Part shown: piece after piece, positions 10,180 to 21,193 of the stretch | How the letters are laid out: each line of letters opens with the position of its first letter | How positions within the stretch are numbered: the first letter of the stretch is position 1 | Assembly (NCBI GenBank): GCA_963668315.1 | Contig: OY764216.1 | Coordinates: forward strand, 2,080,001-2,144,000 | Reading direction: 5' to 3' | Length of the DNA: 64,000 nt | Source: Spirochaetia bacterium | GTDB lineage: Bacteria; Spirochaetota; Spirochaetia; DSM-2461 | Translations under genes and position numbers: made by a program | The notes under the pieces: model-generated | What the model saw: the letters and a program-made list of their open reading frames with translations, nothing else | What the model was told of the DNA's origin: nothing | The model's database searches: none

Positions 10180-10580
10180 TGGTACAGCATCCTAAATCCA
10201 AAGAGTGGGATGATAAAATGAAAGCCATGTTCGACCGGATCGATGATTATCTGGAGGACAAGTACGGGAAAGACTATCCCCTTCACCCCAATCGTATGAA
10301 AAGAGGAACCACGGCCAATAAGTCCATGGACGGGTTATTTAATGTAGGGGCTTCCTACTCCGCCGGATATGGTTCTAAATATGGCAAAGGGTACGTTATT
10401 GAAGTCCATCTTTCCACCCTTTCCGGAGTGGACCCGGATGTGAGAAAGAAGATCGAAGGGGAAGTCGAAGCACTGGTGGAAAAATTCCTTCCCGAGTATT
10501 TTCCCGATCGATTCCTCGATTGCGAGAGGGACGGCAATGTATTGAAAATTTTCGGTGACCTTTCCCTTGGTTCTCTCTAG
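10179..10580 (+). CDS. Hypothetical protein
   Basis: ATG overlaps the previous stop with GGGAGG SD; DDYLEDKYG...LHPNR...DGLF segment. Confidence 0.7.
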   Translation: MVQHPKSKEWDDKMKAMFDRIDDYLEDKYGKDYPLHPNRMKRGTTANKSMDGLFNVGASYSAGYGSKYGKGYVIEVHLSTLSGVDPDVRKKIEGEVEALVEKFLPEYFPDRFLDCERDGNVLKIFGDLSLGSL

Positions 10581-10782
10581 GGATTGATAACCTTTCGATG
10601 GAAGAGGACAGCAGGAGACATTGAGGGACATGTTCGGTGTAAAAATAAAAAAAGGAATTGAATGTGTTTGAAAGAGTATTTAATATTGATTATGATAACT
10701 TTGAATACATTTATTTTTATATGGTTATTTCTCTGTTATAGAGTATCAGATTCAAGTTTATAAAAAGGAAAAGAGGTTTGTA

Positions 10783-11379
10783 ATGGACGCTCAATTGAAA
10801 GAATTCATCGAGAAGATCAAATCGGACGGAGTGAAAACCGCCGGTGAAGAAGCGGCTAAGATAGTGGCCGATGCGGAGAAGAAAGCCACCCAGATCATCG
10901 CCGAGGCGGAAAGAAAGGCCGAAGAAACCAGAAGTAAAGCCGAAGCCGATGCCGCCCGTTCCGAAGCCAGTGGAAAGGATGCTCTGAAGCAGGCCGGCAG
11001 AAATCTTCTGATTGATCTGAGGAAAGAAGTGGAAACCCTTTTCGGTTCCCTGCTCGAAGGAGAAATCCGGACGGCTCTTTCTGCGGACGCGGTTGAGAAA
11101 TCCATTATTACGGTTATCGGCAATTGGGCCCAGAAGGAAGCGGGAGAACTGGAACTGCTTCTGCCCGAGAAAGATCTCGCCGAACTGGAGAAGGGCCTCA
11201 AGAAGAAACTGGCCGACCAGATGAAGGCGGGCATGGAAATCAAACCCTTCAAGGATCTGGAAGCGGGATTCCGCATTTCCACCAAAGACGGCTCGGCTTT
11301 CTATGACTTCTCCGATGAAGAGCTGACGGCTCTCTATTCCCGTTATCTCAGCCCCTCTCTTTTTGAAGCGGTAAAGTAA
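10783..11379 (+). CDS. ntpE: V-type ATP synthase subunit E
   Basis: LKEFIEKIKSDGV, coiled coil, GFRISTKDGSAFYDFS; first gene of the operon. Confidence 0.9.
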   Translation: MDAQLKEFIEKIKSDGVKTAGEEAAKIVADAEKKATQIIAEAERKAEETRSKAEADAARSEASGKDALKQAGRNLLIDLRKEVETLFGSLLEGEIRTALSADAVEKSIITVIGNWAQKEAGELELLLPEKDLAELEKGLKKKLADQMKAGMEIKPFKDLEAGFRISTKDGSAFYDFSDEELTALYSRYLSPSLFEAVK

Positions 11380-11389
11380 GGAGAATCAC

Positions 11390-11956
11390 GTGGGAAAAGC
11401 CTATTATTATACAGCGGCGACACTCCCTATGCTCTTTTACGATAACCAGCTTCCCGTGAGGAGGGAGGATTTTCTGGACATCTGTTCCCGCACCATGTCG
11501 GAGGCGGATTTTCAGGCTGTGGAAACGTGTACCATAGCCGTGGAAGAAGAGGGAAAGACAGGCGGATTCGCCGGACAGTACCGGGCATGGGAAATCGCCC
11601 TGAGAAACGCCCTCGTCAAAGTCCGCGCCAAAGAGCAGGGACTGGACGAAAGGGAATTCCTCAGAGAAGGGGGAGACGGCTTCGGCGTGGACGAAATCGC
11701 CTCTTCCGCCATCAAAATCGATTCTCCCCTGGAAGCGGAGCATTTTCTTAACCGCGCCCGCTGGCATTATGTGGAAGAACTGACTTCCGGCCATATCATG
11801 GACCTTGAATACCTTCAGGGTTATTTTCTGCAGCTGCAGATCCTGGAGAGAAAAGAGTCCTTTCAGGAAGAAAAGGGTTTCCGTAATTACCGGAAACTCT
11901 ACGAGGATATACTGAGCGTTCGTAAAGAGGGCGCTGATAATGAGGTGACCGAATGA
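11390..11956 (+). CDS. DUF2764-type V-ATPase subunit (C-like)
   Basis: YYYTAATLPML, WEIALRNALVKVRA; lies between subunits E and A. Confidence 0.8.
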   Translation: MGKAYYYTAATLPMLFYDNQLPVRREDFLDICSRTMSEADFQAVETCTIAVEEEGKTGGFAGQYRAWEIALRNALVKVRAKEQGLDEREFLREGGDGFGVDEIASSAIKIDSPLEAEHFLNRARWHYVEELTSGHIMDLEYLQGYFLQLQILERKESFQEEKGFRNYRKLYEDILSVRKEGADNEVTE

Positions 11957-13677
11957 AACAAGGAAAAGTTGTAGGTATAAACGGAAACATGGTTACTGTT
12001 GCCCTTGAGAGCACCGTAATCATGAATGAAGTGGGCTACATCATCAACGCCGAAGGAAAACGGCTTAAGTCGGAGGTAATCCGGGTTATGGGTGATGAGG
12101 CTCAGCTTCAGGTATTTGAAATAACCAAGGGAATCTCCATTGGTGACGGATGCGAGTTCACCGGAGAGCTTCTGGCCGCCGAGCTGGGACCCGGTCTTCT
12201 GGGACAGGTTTACGACGGTCTTCAGAACCCCCTTCCCGAGCTGGCCGAACAGGCGGGCTACTTCCTCGAAAGAGGTATTTACATCGATCCCCTTTCCCGG
12301 GAGAGACGCTGGGACTTCACCCCCGTAGCCCATGAGGGAGACAAGGTGGAAAAGGCCGATACCCTCGGTACCGTTCCCGAAGGCCCCTTCAAGCATAACG
12401 TCATGGTCCCCTTCAACATGCTGGACACCTACACCGTGAAAAGCATCAAGCCCGCGGGAAGTTACCTCATTACCGACGTCATCGCCGTGGTAACGGACAG
12501 CAAGGGCAACGAATATAATCTGACCATGTCTTTCCAGTGGCCCGTCAAGAGAGCCATCACCTGTTACGAGGAGAGACTCAAGCCGACCGAGCCCATGCTC
12601 ACCAAGACGCGGGTTATCGATACCTTTCTTCCCGTGGCCAAGGGCGGTACCTACTGTATTCCCGGTCCCTTCGGCGCGGGTAAAACCGTACTTCAGCAGA
12701 CCACCAGTAAGTACGCCGACGTGGACGTGGTTATCGTGGCCGCCTGCGGCGAGCGCGCCGGTGAGGTTGTGGAAACCCTCAAGGAGTTCCCCGAGCTGAC
12801 CGACCCCAAGACGGGCAAGTCCCTTATGGAAAGAACGATTATCATCTGTAACACCTCTTCCATGCCCGTTGCTTCCCGTGAAGCTTCGGTATACACCGCG
12901 GTGACCCTGGCGGAGTACTACCGCCAGATGGGGCTGGATGTTCTGCTTCTGGCCGACTCCACAAGCCGCTGGGCCCAGGCCATGAGAGAGATGTCCGGAC
13001 GTCTGGAAGAGATTCCCGGCGAGGAAGCCTTCCCCGCCTATCTGGAGTCCTCCATCGCCGGTTTTTACGAGAGAGCCGGTATCGTCAAGCTCAGAAACGG
13101 CAAGAAAGGTTCGGTTACCATCGGCGGTACCGTATCCCCCGCGGGCGGTAACTTCGAAGAACCCGTTACCCAGGCTACCCTGAAAGTTGTGGGCGCCTTC
13201 CACGGTCTTTCCCGTGAACGTTCCGACGCCCGTAAATATCCCGCCATCCACCCCATCGACTCCTGGTCCAAATACAAGGGCATCATGGATGAGACCAAGA
13301 CGACGCAGATGTATGACCTGCTCAAGCGCGGTTACGAGGTAGAGGCGATGATGAAGGTCGTCGGCGAAGAGGGAACTTCTCTGGCCGACTACCTGATCTA
13401 TCTGGAAGGGGAATTCCTGGACTCGGTTTACTTCCAGCAGAACTCCTTTGATGCGGTGGACGCCTCGGTGGCACCGGACAGGCAGAGCCATGTTTTCGGA
13501 AAGATCTACGATCTGCTGACCTCCAAACTCAGCCTGGACGAGAAGGGATCAGCCCGTTCCTGGTTCAACCGGCTCAGACAGAAATTCCTCGACTGGAACA
13601 GTGCCGAATGGGAAAGCGACGAGTATAAGAAGCTCGAAAGCGACATCGACGCTCAGATCGCCGAGATAGTGGCCTAA
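11953..13677 (+). CDS. ntpA: V-type ATP synthase subunit A
   Basis: [30 protein letters not shown]. Confidence 0.97.
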   Translation: MKQGKVVGINGNMVTVALESTVIMNEVGYIINAEGKRLKSEVIRVMGDEAQLQVFEITKGISIGDGCEFTGELLAAELGPGLLGQVYDGLQNPLPELAEQAGYFLERGIYIDPLSRERRWDFTPVAHEGDKVEKADTLGTVPEGPFKHNVMVPFNMLDTYTVKSIKPAGSYLITDVIAVVTDSKGNEYNLTMSFQWPVKRAITCYEERLKPTEPMLTKTRVIDTFLPVAKGGTYCIPGPFGAGKTVLQQTTSKYADVDVVIVAACGERAGEVVETLKEFPELTDPKTGKSLMERTIIICNTSSMPVASREASVYTAVTLAEYYRQMGLDVLLLADSTSRWAQAMREMSGRLEEIPGEEAFPAYLESSIAGFYERAGIVKLRNGKKGSVTIGGTVSPAGGNFEEPVTQATLKVVGAFHGLSRERSDARKYPAIHPIDSWSKYKGIMDETKTTQMYDLLKRGYEVEAMMKVVGEEGTSLADYLIYLEGEFLDSVYFQQNSFDAVDASVAPDRQSHVFGKIYDLLTSKLSLDEKGSARSWFNRLRQKFLDWNSAEWESDEYKKLESDIDAQIAEIVA

Positions 13678-13690
13678 GGAAGGGAGAACG

Positions 13691-14989
13691 ATGAGAAAAG
13701 TATACAGTAAAATAGAAACAATTGCGGGAAACGTCATCTCCGTAAAAGCCGACGGGGTAAGCTACGGGGAGCTGGCCGAAGTATCCACCTCCTACGGCAA
13801 GTCCCTGGCCGAGGTCATCAAGCTTGACCATGACATGGTTTCCCTTCAGGTATTCGCCGGAGGCCGCGGTATCTCCACGGGCGACGAAATCCGCTTCCTC
13901 GGCCACCCCATGAAGGTTTCCTTCTCGGATAATCTCACCGGCCGTATCTTCAACGGTTCCGGTGTCCCCCGTGACAAGGGCCCCGAGCTGACCGAGAACA
14001 TGATCACCATCGGCGGACCGTCCTTCAACCCCGCCAAGAGAGTCATCCCCCGGAACATGATCAGAACCGGTATTCCCATGATCGACCTTTTCAACACCCT
14101 GGTCGAATCCCAGAAGCTCCCCATTTTCTCCGTTTCCGGTGAACCCTACAATGAGCTTCTGGCCCGGATCGCCATGCAGGCCGAAGTCGACCTTATCATT
14201 CTGGGCGGTATGGGACTCAAGTACGACGACTACCTTTTCTTCAAGGACACCCTGGAAGAGGGAGGCGCTCTGAGCCGGACCATCATGTTCGTCCATACCG
14301 CGTCGGACCCCACCGTAGAATGCCTCATGGTTCCCGATATCTCCCTGGCCGTGGCCGAGAAATTCGCCCTTCAGGGAAAGAAAGTTCTGGTTCTCCTTAC
14401 GGATATGACCAACTTCGCCGACGCCATGAAAGAGATCGCCATTACCCAGGAACAGGTTCCTTCCAACCGTGGTTATCCCGGTGACCTTTACTCCCAGCTG
14501 GCCTCCCGTTACGAGAAGGCCGTGGACATCGAAGGTTCCGGTTCCATCACCGTTCTGGGAGTAACCACCATGCCCGGTGACGACGTAACCCATCCGGTTC
14601 CCGACAACACGGGGTATATCACCGAGGGTCAGTACTACCTGAAAAACGGCCGTATCGAGCCTTTCGGTTCCCTTTCCCGTCTGAAACAGCAGGTTAACGA
14701 CAGGACCAGAGAGGACCACCGAGCCCTTATGGACGGTATGATCAAGCTCTACGCCGCCTACAAGGACTCACTGGAGAAACAGTCCATGGGTTTCCAGATG
14801 TCCGCCTGGGACGACAAGCTTCTGAAATACGGGGAATCCTTCGAGGCCGTCATGATGGACCTGACCGTGAATATTCCCCTGGAAAAGGCACTGGACGAAG
14901 GATGGCGCATCCTGTCCGACTGTTTCGATCCGGCCGAGACGGGTATGAAAACGTCGCTGATTGAAAAATTCTGGCCTAAAGAGAGGTAA
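13691..14989 (+). CDS. ntpB: V-type ATP synthase subunit B
   Basis: [33 protein letters not shown]. Confidence 0.97.
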   Translation: MRKVYSKIETIAGNVISVKADGVSYGELAEVSTSYGKSLAEVIKLDHDMVSLQVFAGGRGISTGDEIRFLGHPMKVSFSDNLTGRIFNGSGVPRDKGPELTENMITIGGPSFNPAKRVIPRNMIRTGIPMIDLFNTLVESQKLPIFSVSGEPYNELLARIAMQAEVDLIILGGMGLKYDDYLFFKDTLEEGGALSRTIMFVHTASDPTVECLMVPDISLAVAEKFALQGKKVLVLLTDMTNFADAMKEIAITQEQVPSNRGYPGDLYSQLASRYEKAVDIEGSGSITVLGVTTMPGDDVTHPVPDNTGYITEGQYYLKNGRIEPFGSLSRLKQQVNDRTREDHRALMDGMIKLYAAYKDSLEKQSMGFQMSAWDDKLLKYGESFEAVMMDLTVNIPLEKALDEGWRILSDCFDPAETGMKTSLIEKFWPKER

Positions 14990-14992
14990 GCT

Positions 14993-15589
14993 ATGGCAAA
15001 GGTCAAGCTGACCAAAAACGAGCAGAAAAAGCAGAAGGACGCTCTGAAAATGTACACCCGCTACCTTCCCACCCTCGTCCTGAAGAAGCAGCAGCTTCAG
15101 ATGGAGATCCGCAAGGTGGAAGAGCGGGCGGCCGAAGTCAAAGCAAAGAAAGAGGCTCTGGAAGAGGAGTTTCGAAGCTGGATCGCGGTTTTCGGCGAAG
15201 AAGTGGGGCTGGACAGTTCCCTTCTTCGTGTGAAGGAGATCGTGACAACCAAAGGGAATATCGCCGGTGTGCCCATTCCCATCTTCGAAAGGGCGGAGTT
15301 CTACCCCGTCACCTACGATTTGTTCGACAAACCCCTCTGGGTGGACAAGGCCGTATCCAAACTGGAGCAGCTCATGCTGTTCGATCTGGAGTATGAAGTA
15401 TTGGAAGAGCAGGTTGACCTTTTGAATAAGGAATTACGCACCACAAGCCAGAGGGTAAACCTCTTCGAAAAGGTGATGATTCCCGAAACCAAGGCCAATA
15501 TCAAGAAAATAGGAGTATACCTGGGCGACCAGCAGACCGCTGCGGTTGTGCGGGGTAAAATCTCCAAACGCAAGTTAAAGGTGTCCTAG
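14993..15589 (+). CDS. ntpD: V-type ATP synthase subunit D
   Basis: RYLPTLVLKKQQL, ELRTTSQRVNLFEKV. Confidence 0.95.
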   Translation: MAKVKLTKNEQKKQKDALKMYTRYLPTLVLKKQQLQMEIRKVEERAAEVKAKKEALEEEFRSWIAVFGEEVGLDSSLLRVKEIVTTKGNIAGVPIPIFERAEFYPVTYDLFDKPLWVDKAVSKLEQLMLFDLEYEVLEEQVDLLNKELRTTSQRVNLFEKVMIPETKANIKKIGVYLGDQQTAAVVRGKISKRKLKVS

Positions 15590-15590
15590 T

Positions 15591-17420
15591 ATGGCTATAG
15601 TTCAAATGAAAAAAGCCACGGTGATCACCATGGATAACAACAGAGAGGACGCCCTGGAAAAGCTTCGGGCCGAAGGGGTCGTCCATCTGAAGCGGGGTAA
15701 AGCCGTATCGTCCCAGGAGCTTTCCGCCCTGGAGAGCGAACGGGCCGCCTATCAGCAGGCCATGGTCTTCCTTCCGGAAGCCGGGGTATACGCCGATATG
15801 TCGGAAAACCGTGAATACGCCCGCTCCGTGGTGGAACAGGTGCTCGAGATACACAGAACCGGAGAAGAGCTTGATGCCCGCCTTTCCGCCATCAAGGTGG
15901 AGAAGGAGCTTCTGGCTTCCTGGGACAACGTGGATCCCGAGGACCTGGCCTATCTGGAAGAGAACGACGTATACGTCCGTTTTTACCATGTGACGGCCGC
16001 CCAGTTCGATGAGTATGCCTCAGAGTACGGCCTTATGGAACTGGGAAGGGAAAAGGGCTTTATCTACGCCTGGGCCGTGAACCGGAATCCCGATCTTTTG
16101 CCCCCCATGGAATCGGTTCAGTTTCCCGCCAAGGGCGCCGAAGCCCTGGACAAGGAAGCGGACGGGATAGAAGAGACGAAGAACAACGGAAAGAGCCGCC
16201 TGGCCGAACTGGCCAAAAACCGTCCTCTCATGGACTGGTACGGTAAGGTTCTGGCCCAGGAGCTCGAGTTCGAAGAAGCCCGTCTTCTCTACGGCGACGA
16301 CGAGGGGATCAGCTATCTGACCGGGTTCGTGCCCGTGGATAAGACCGATTCCCTGAAGGAAGCGGCTCAGGAGTACAAATGGGGACTCCTCCTGGATGAT
16401 CCGGACGAGGAAGACGAGGTTCCCACCGAGCTGAAAACGGGCTGGTTCTCCTCACTTCTGAAACCGGTTCTGGATTTTCTGGGGATTCTTCCCGGATACA
16501 GGGAGTATGACATCAGCTTCTTCTTCCTGTGCTTCTTCAGTATATTTACCGGTATGCTCATCGGTGACGCGGGCTACGGAAGCATCTTCCTGGCCATAAC
16601 CATCGTCGCCATGATCGGTGTGGCGAAAAAGACCGGATCGGTCAGCCGGTATTTCTTCCTGCCCATGCTGATGAGCGTGGCCATTATTATCTGGGGTACG
16701 ATTTCGGGAACCTGGTTCGCCAGTCCCAGGATTGCGTCCCTGGCGTTCTTCGACAATCTGAAGATGGATGCCTTCCGTGTGGAAGGGGATGCCAACATCG
16801 CTCTGGTCATGGGAATCAGCTTCTTTCTGGGTATTGTTCAGCTTCTTATCGGAGTTGTTCAGAACTTCAAGAAGAACTTTCCCAAACTGTCCAGTTTCGC
16901 CCAGGTGGGATGGTTCGCCGTTCTTGTGGCTGTCTGGTACCTGATTCTGACCCTGGTTGTCAGGAGGGAAGGGCTGGAAACCTACCCCCAGCAGATGCTC
17001 TACGTGCTTCTGGGCGGCGTGGTTGTTATCTTTCTCTTCGGAGGACAGGAAGAGGGCAAGAGCTTCATCCAGGGTATTCTTAACTCCCTGGCGAACTTCC
17101 TGCAGCTCTTTCTTGATGTGGTGGCGACCTTCTCGGACCTGATGTCCTACGTCAGGCTCTTCGCCGTAGGTCTTGCCGGTGTGAAGATTGCCGAAACATT
17201 CAATCAGCTGGGCGGACAGTTTTCCGGCAGCTGGACGATCGTGTTCGGCATCATAATCATTGTTATCGGCCATACCCTGAACATCGTTCTGGGTTTGATG
17301 GCCATTCTGGTTCACGCCGTCAGGCTGAATATATTGGAATATTCCGGAAAAGTCGGTGTCGAATGGTCCGGGTTTAAATACGAGCCTTTTAAGGTTAACG
17401 TTGAAAAAAGTCAAAGATAG
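15591..17420 (+). CDS. ntpI: V-type ATP synthase subunit I (a)
   Basis: LPGYREYD, GDAGYG, SYVRLFAVG, HAVRLNILE. Confidence 0.95.
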   Translation: MAIVQMKKATVITMDNNREDALEKLRAEGVVHLKRGKAVSSQELSALESERAAYQQAMVFLPEAGVYADMSENREYARSVVEQVLEIHRTGEELDARLSAIKVEKELLASWDNVDPEDLAYLEENDVYVRFYHVTAAQFDEYASEYGLMELGREKGFIYAWAVNRNPDLLPPMESVQFPAKGAEALDKEADGIEETKNNGKSRLAELAKNRPLMDWYGKVLAQELEFEEARLLYGDDEGISYLTGFVPVDKTDSLKEAAQEYKWGLLLDDPDEEDEVPTELKTGWFSSLLKPVLDFLGILPGYREYDISFFFLCFFSIFTGMLIGDAGYGSIFLAITIVAMIGVAKKTGSVSRYFFLPMLMSVAIIIWGTISGTWFASPRIASLAFFDNLKMDAFRVEGDANIALVMGISFFLGIVQLLIGVVQNFKKNFPKLSSFAQVGWFAVLVAVWYLILTLVVRREGLETYPQQMLYVLLGGVVVIFLFGGQEEGKSFIQGILNSLANFLQLFLDVVATFSDLMSYVRLFAVGLAGVKIAETFNQLGGQFSGSWTIVFGIIIIVIGHTLNIVLGLMAILVHAVRLNILEYSGKVGVEWSGFKYEPFKVNVEKSQR

Positions 17421-17434
17421 AAAGGAGAATTGAT

Positions 17435-17854
17435 ATGAGTTTTGGTATTATTGGACAGGCTGCCGCATTGGGACTGGCAGCAATAGGTTCTGCACTGGGA
17501 ACTGGTACGGCCGCTCAGGGAGCCGTGGGAGCCTGGAAGAAAGCGTTGGCCAGCAATAAGGCCCCCAGTATGCTTTTAGCCGCTTTTGTCGGTTTTCCCC
17601 TATCCCAGACCCTTTACGGCTTTCTGGTCATGCTCGTTGTTGTTCCCGCCAAGACAGGCGATATGAAACAGCTTGCCACCGGTGTGTTCGGCGGTCTCGC
17701 CATCGGTATGTCCGCCTGGCTTCAGGGACAGGCTGCCGCTGTAGCCTGTGATGCCCAGTCCGAGACGGGTAAAGGTACGGCCCAGTATGTTCTGGCTCTC
17801 GGTATCGTAGAGTCGGTAGCTATTCTGGTTCTGGCATTTCTTTTCCTTATCTAA
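17435..17854 (+). CDS. ntpK: V-type ATP synthase subunit K (c), 4-TM
   Basis: PLSQTLYG, SAWLQG, GIVESVAI. Confidence 0.93.
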   Translation: MSFGIIGQAAALGLAAIGSALGTGTAAQGAVGAWKKALASNKAPSMLLAAFVGFPLSQTLYGFLVMLVVVPAKTGDMKQLATGVFGGLAIGMSAWLQGQAAAVACDAQSETGKGTAQYVLALGIVESVAILVLAFLFLI

Positions 17855-17907
17855 AGGAAATCCCCTGCGGGGGTTGCCAAAAAGATTAATTTGTCTATCT
17901 AATAAGG

Positions 17908-17937
17908 GGGACAGCCTGAGGGGCTGTCCCTTTTTTT
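17908..17937 (+). terminator. Rho-independent terminator of the V-ATPase operon
   Basis: GGGACAGCC-tgagg-GGCTGTCCC followed by T7. Confidence 0.9.
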
Positions 17938-17948
17938 GGGAGAGAGAC

Positions 17949-18920
17949 ATGGGAATCATAGTTAAAAAATTCACAGAAGATCATATAGAAGAGGCGGCCG
18001 CCCTCTTTCTCGGGGTTTACTCATGGGAGAGGGAGGTGAACCCCCTGCTTCCCTCCCATCTCCTTAGTGATTCCGATATTATCGTTAATGCCCTGAGGCT
18101 GCTCGCTCAGACGGGCCCGGGGGTTTCTCTTTTTTCGGAGGGAAAACTGATCGCCTATATGGTCACCGGCGACAGATTCACTTTCAAGGGACAGAAAGCG
18201 GCGCTTATTCCCGAGTTCGCCCACGGAGCGGCCATCGATATGGAAATCTCCTGGAGCCGTCTTTACGGCCAGATGTACAAAGAGCTGGCCGGACAATGGC
18301 GTAAGGAGGGGATAGCCCTTCATCTGATCGGATTCCTGGCCCACGATCAGGAGCTTAAGGAGATTCTGTTCCAGCTCGGATTCGGGGCCATCATAGCCGA
18401 ACGAATCAGAGACCTTTCGGAGATTCCCGTCGTGGGGGAGAGGCAGATCGAAAGGATCGGCGATCCCGAGGAGCTTCTGGCCATTCACAGGGAGCACCAC
18501 GCTTTTTATCCCGATTCTCCGGTATTCATCGAAAAATCCCTCCGTGAGGACGAGCTCCTGACCGATCTTCAGGGATTCAATGACGAGGGGGATGCCCTGT
18601 TCGTCTTCAGAATGGAGAATGAGATCGGCGCCTACATGGTCGTAGGGGAGTCCTCAAAGCATGAGGAAGGCTTTCTTCTCAGAAATACCAATACGGCGCA
18701 GATCAAATCAGCCTTTGTTAAACCGGAACTGAGAGGGCAGGGCATCGCTTCGGCCCTGCTGGCCCGTACGGTAAAGTGGGCCCGGGAAGAGGGGTTCGAT
18801 GCCCTTTTCGTTGAGCATGAAACGGCCAATCTGTGCGCATCGACTTTCTGGAGCAAGTATTTTGACCCCTATCTGTATTTTGCCATGAGGTATATTGATA
18901 ATTCTCCGACCCCGGTATAG
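17949..18920 (+). CDS. GNAT family N-acetyltransferase (two-domain length)
   Basis: AFVKPELRGQGIASALL acetyl-CoA motif. Confidence 0.85.
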   Translation: MGIIVKKFTEDHIEEAAALFLGVYSWEREVNPLLPSHLLSDSDIIVNALRLLAQTGPGVSLFSEGKLIAYMVTGDRFTFKGQKAALIPEFAHGAAIDMEISWSRLYGQMYKELAGQWRKEGIALHLIGFLAHDQELKEILFQLGFGAIIAERIRDLSEIPVVGERQIERIGDPEELLAIHREHHAFYPDSPVFIEKSLREDELLTDLQGFNDEGDALFVFRMENEIGAYMVVGESSKHEEGFLLRNTNTAQIKSAFVKPELRGQGIASALLARTVKWAREEGFDALFVEHETANLCASTFWSKYFDPYLYFAMRYIDNSPTPV

Positions 18921-18930
18921 ACTGTTTCTC

Positions 18931-19353
18931 ATGAATAAACCGATGTTGATTGAAGCCGATATACGCATTAAGGCTTATGAGATCGATTCCATGGGAATTG
19001 TATCGAATATTGAATATATCAAGTGGTTTGAAGACCTGCGCCATCTTTTTCTGGATAAGTATTACCCCTACGACAGGATGGTGAAGGATAACTTATCCCC
19101 CGTTCTCCTCAAGACGGAGGCGGAGTATAAGTCGGCCCTTACGATTCATGATTACCCCAAAGGCCGTCTTTGGGTCACAAAATTCGGAACCTTTAAGTGG
19201 GAGATGTCCTTTGAGATCTATACGGATGAGAAAATCCATTGCCGGGGTAGACAGAAAGGCTGCTTCCTGGATCTGGAAAAACAGTGTCCCGCTCCCAGTC
19301 CGAAAATCCTTCTGGACAGGTATGAGCAGGAAACAAGCGGCGTCAGTTCATGA
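18931..19353 (+). CDS. Acyl-CoA thioesterase (4HBT/YbgC family)
   Basis: YEIDSMGIVSNIEYIKWFEDLR. Confidence 0.85.
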   Translation: MNKPMLIEADIRIKAYEIDSMGIVSNIEYIKWFEDLRHLFLDKYYPYDRMVKDNLSPVLLKTEAEYKSALTIHDYPKGRLWVTKFGTFKWEMSFEIYTDEKIHCRGRQKGCFLDLEKQCPAPSPKILLDRYEQETSGVSS

Positions 19354-19892
19354 TTGACAGACCGGAAAGGTTACTGGAAACGGAGCGGCTGTATCTCAGA
19401 GAACTCTCTCCCGATGACAGTCATGAACTTCGGAAAATCCTCAGTGATCCCGAATCCATGAAGTATTATCCCGCCCCCTTCTCGGAGGAGAAAGTCGAGA
19501 AATGGATCTCCTGGAACAGGGAAAACTATCGGCTTTACGGGCATGGTCTTTGGGCCGTCATTCTCAAGGAGGGAGGGACTTTCCTGGGAGACTGCGGTAT
19601 CACCATGCAGGAGATAGAAGGCAGAAAGCTGCCCGAGGTCGGCTACCATATTAAAAAAGAGTACGGGCGAAAGGGGTATGCGACCGAAGCGGCCCGGGCC
19701 TGCATGGAATATGCATTTACCCGTTTTGATTATGAATCGCTCTATACCTACACAAAATTCGATAATTACCCCTCCCGGCGGGTGGCGGAAAAAAACAGTA
19801 TGAAGTTCGTCAAGTTTTTTCAAAAAAAAATGGATGGGGAAGATATAAAGGAAGCCCTTTACCGCTTTGACAGGAAGGATATGATCCTGTGA
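19350..19892 (+). CDS. RimJ/RimL-type GNAT acetyltransferase
   Basis: LETERLYLR, EVGYHI, GRKGYATEAA, NYPSRRVAEK. Confidence 0.9.
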   Translation: MIDRPERLLETERLYLRELSPDDSHELRKILSDPESMKYYPAPFSEEKVEKWISWNRENYRLYGHGLWAVILKEGGTFLGDCGITMQEIEGRKLPEVGYHIKKEYGRKGYATEAARACMEYAFTRFDYESLYTYTKFDNYPSRRVAEKNSMKFVKFFQKKMDGEDIKEALYRFDRKDMIL

Positions 19893-20230
19893 CCGTGAAT
19901 GTCTACAGTCCCGATGGTAACGCCTCCCAAATAGAGGGATTTACCATCGTAGTGGATGTATTACGGGCCTTTTCCACGGCCTATTACATCGATGCCGACA
20001 ATCCCCGAATGCCGCCTGGCGGGAGAGCGGCAGGGAAGGCACGGCTTTTCGGAGAAGAGGACTACCTTTTCGCCGGTTATTTCAAAGAAAGGCTCCTGGA
20101 AGGACGGCCCGATTTCAATTCAATCGTAATGCGGTTAAGAAAGGGAAGCGGAAAGGGTTTCCTCGAACCGGGGTTCGCCCCCTACACTGATTTCCTGCAC
20201 AGTCTCGACGTGGGAGAACTGATATTATGA
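19889..20230 (+). pseudogene. Internally deleted 2-phosphosulfolactate phosphatase (ComB)-like gene
   Basis: N-terminal IVVDVLRAFSTA joined to a C-terminal-type EEDYLFA segment; the central TTNGT-type region is missing; only 113 aa. Confidence 0.6.
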
Positions 20231-21012
20231 GAAAATCTCTGATTTACCCCCTCGATGACAATATCGTCATTTCCTACTCGGATAATTCTGTCAAACTTTC
20301 GGAAAGAACCCGTAAGATCATAGGGGATCATTGGCAGAAAAAGATCCGCGATAATCCCCACCTCTTCAACGGTACGGTTCTGAGCCTGGGGAATCTCTAT
20401 ATTTCCCGCGGCAAGGTCCGGCTCTCATTCATGAAAACCGATTATGCCCACTATCTGGCATCCGAAGCTTTTCTGCTTCCTTCACCGGAAAGCTGCCGGT
20501 CCTTTTATGTTTCCGCAGTAATTGAAACGGAGGATAATTATACCGCCTTCGCCAGAATGGGAAAAAACAGCTTTGAACCCGGCCGGTATCAGTATATCGG
20601 GGGAGGACTGGATATGACCCATATCTCCGGAACCGGAATAGACTGCCGGTCGTGTCTGGCGAATGAGCTTAAGGAGGAGCTGGGAATTAATCCGGATGAT
20701 CCTCATCAAACGTCATCAATCAGGCCCTTGTTCTTTAGTTTCGGAAGGGATAAATACAAGCTGTCGGCGATTTATCATGTTAAGCTGAAAATGGATTCCC
20801 ATCATTTGAAACAGAGGCTTTCCATCCATAACAGGGCCCTTGTCAAGGAGAATAGAACTCCGGAAGTTCACTCCTTTGTCTTTGCCCGCAAGTCGGATTT
20901 CCGGGATTTCTTCCGGACCGGTCAGAACCGAACTGTTGATGAGAACCTGTATTCCTCCCTGGACTCATTCTATTCGGGTAAGGTGGAAAGGGATTACTCC
21001 CTGATCACGTAG
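20227..21012 (+). CDS. Nudix hydrolase family protein
   Basis: LFNG; IGGGLD...CLANELKEELG Nudix-like box. Confidence 0.75.
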   Translation: MRKSLIYPLDDNIVISYSDNSVKLSERTRKIIGDHWQKKIRDNPHLFNGTVLSLGNLYISRGKVRLSFMKTDYAHYLASEAFLLPSPESCRSFYVSAVIETEDNYTAFARMGKNSFEPGRYQYIGGGLDMTHISGTGIDCRSCLANELKEELGINPDDPHQTSSIRPLFFSFGRDKYKLSAIYHVKLKMDSHHLKQRLSIHNRALVKENRTPEVHSFVFARKSDFRDFFRTGQNRTVDENLYSSLDSFYSGKVERDYSLIT

Positions 21013-21193
21013 AAAAGCGGTATGCGGGACTATCTGCCTGGAGAAGGGTAATCCCTCATCCCTTTTCTCACCCGATCGTCCCTGAAAAAGAAAAAATCCT
21101 TATGGAAGGCGAATAAAGCGTGTTATTATAGGGGCCGTAGAAATGGATGAAATGAGAAAGACAGCTGTTTCGTTCATTCCTAAGGAGTGTGTT

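Noticed and set aside
10581..10782. AT-rich region upstream of the V-ATPase as a Na+ riboswitch
   Set aside because: I see only a weak inverted repeat (AACTTTGAAT/ATTCAAGTT) and no expression platform; an Rfam search would be needed.
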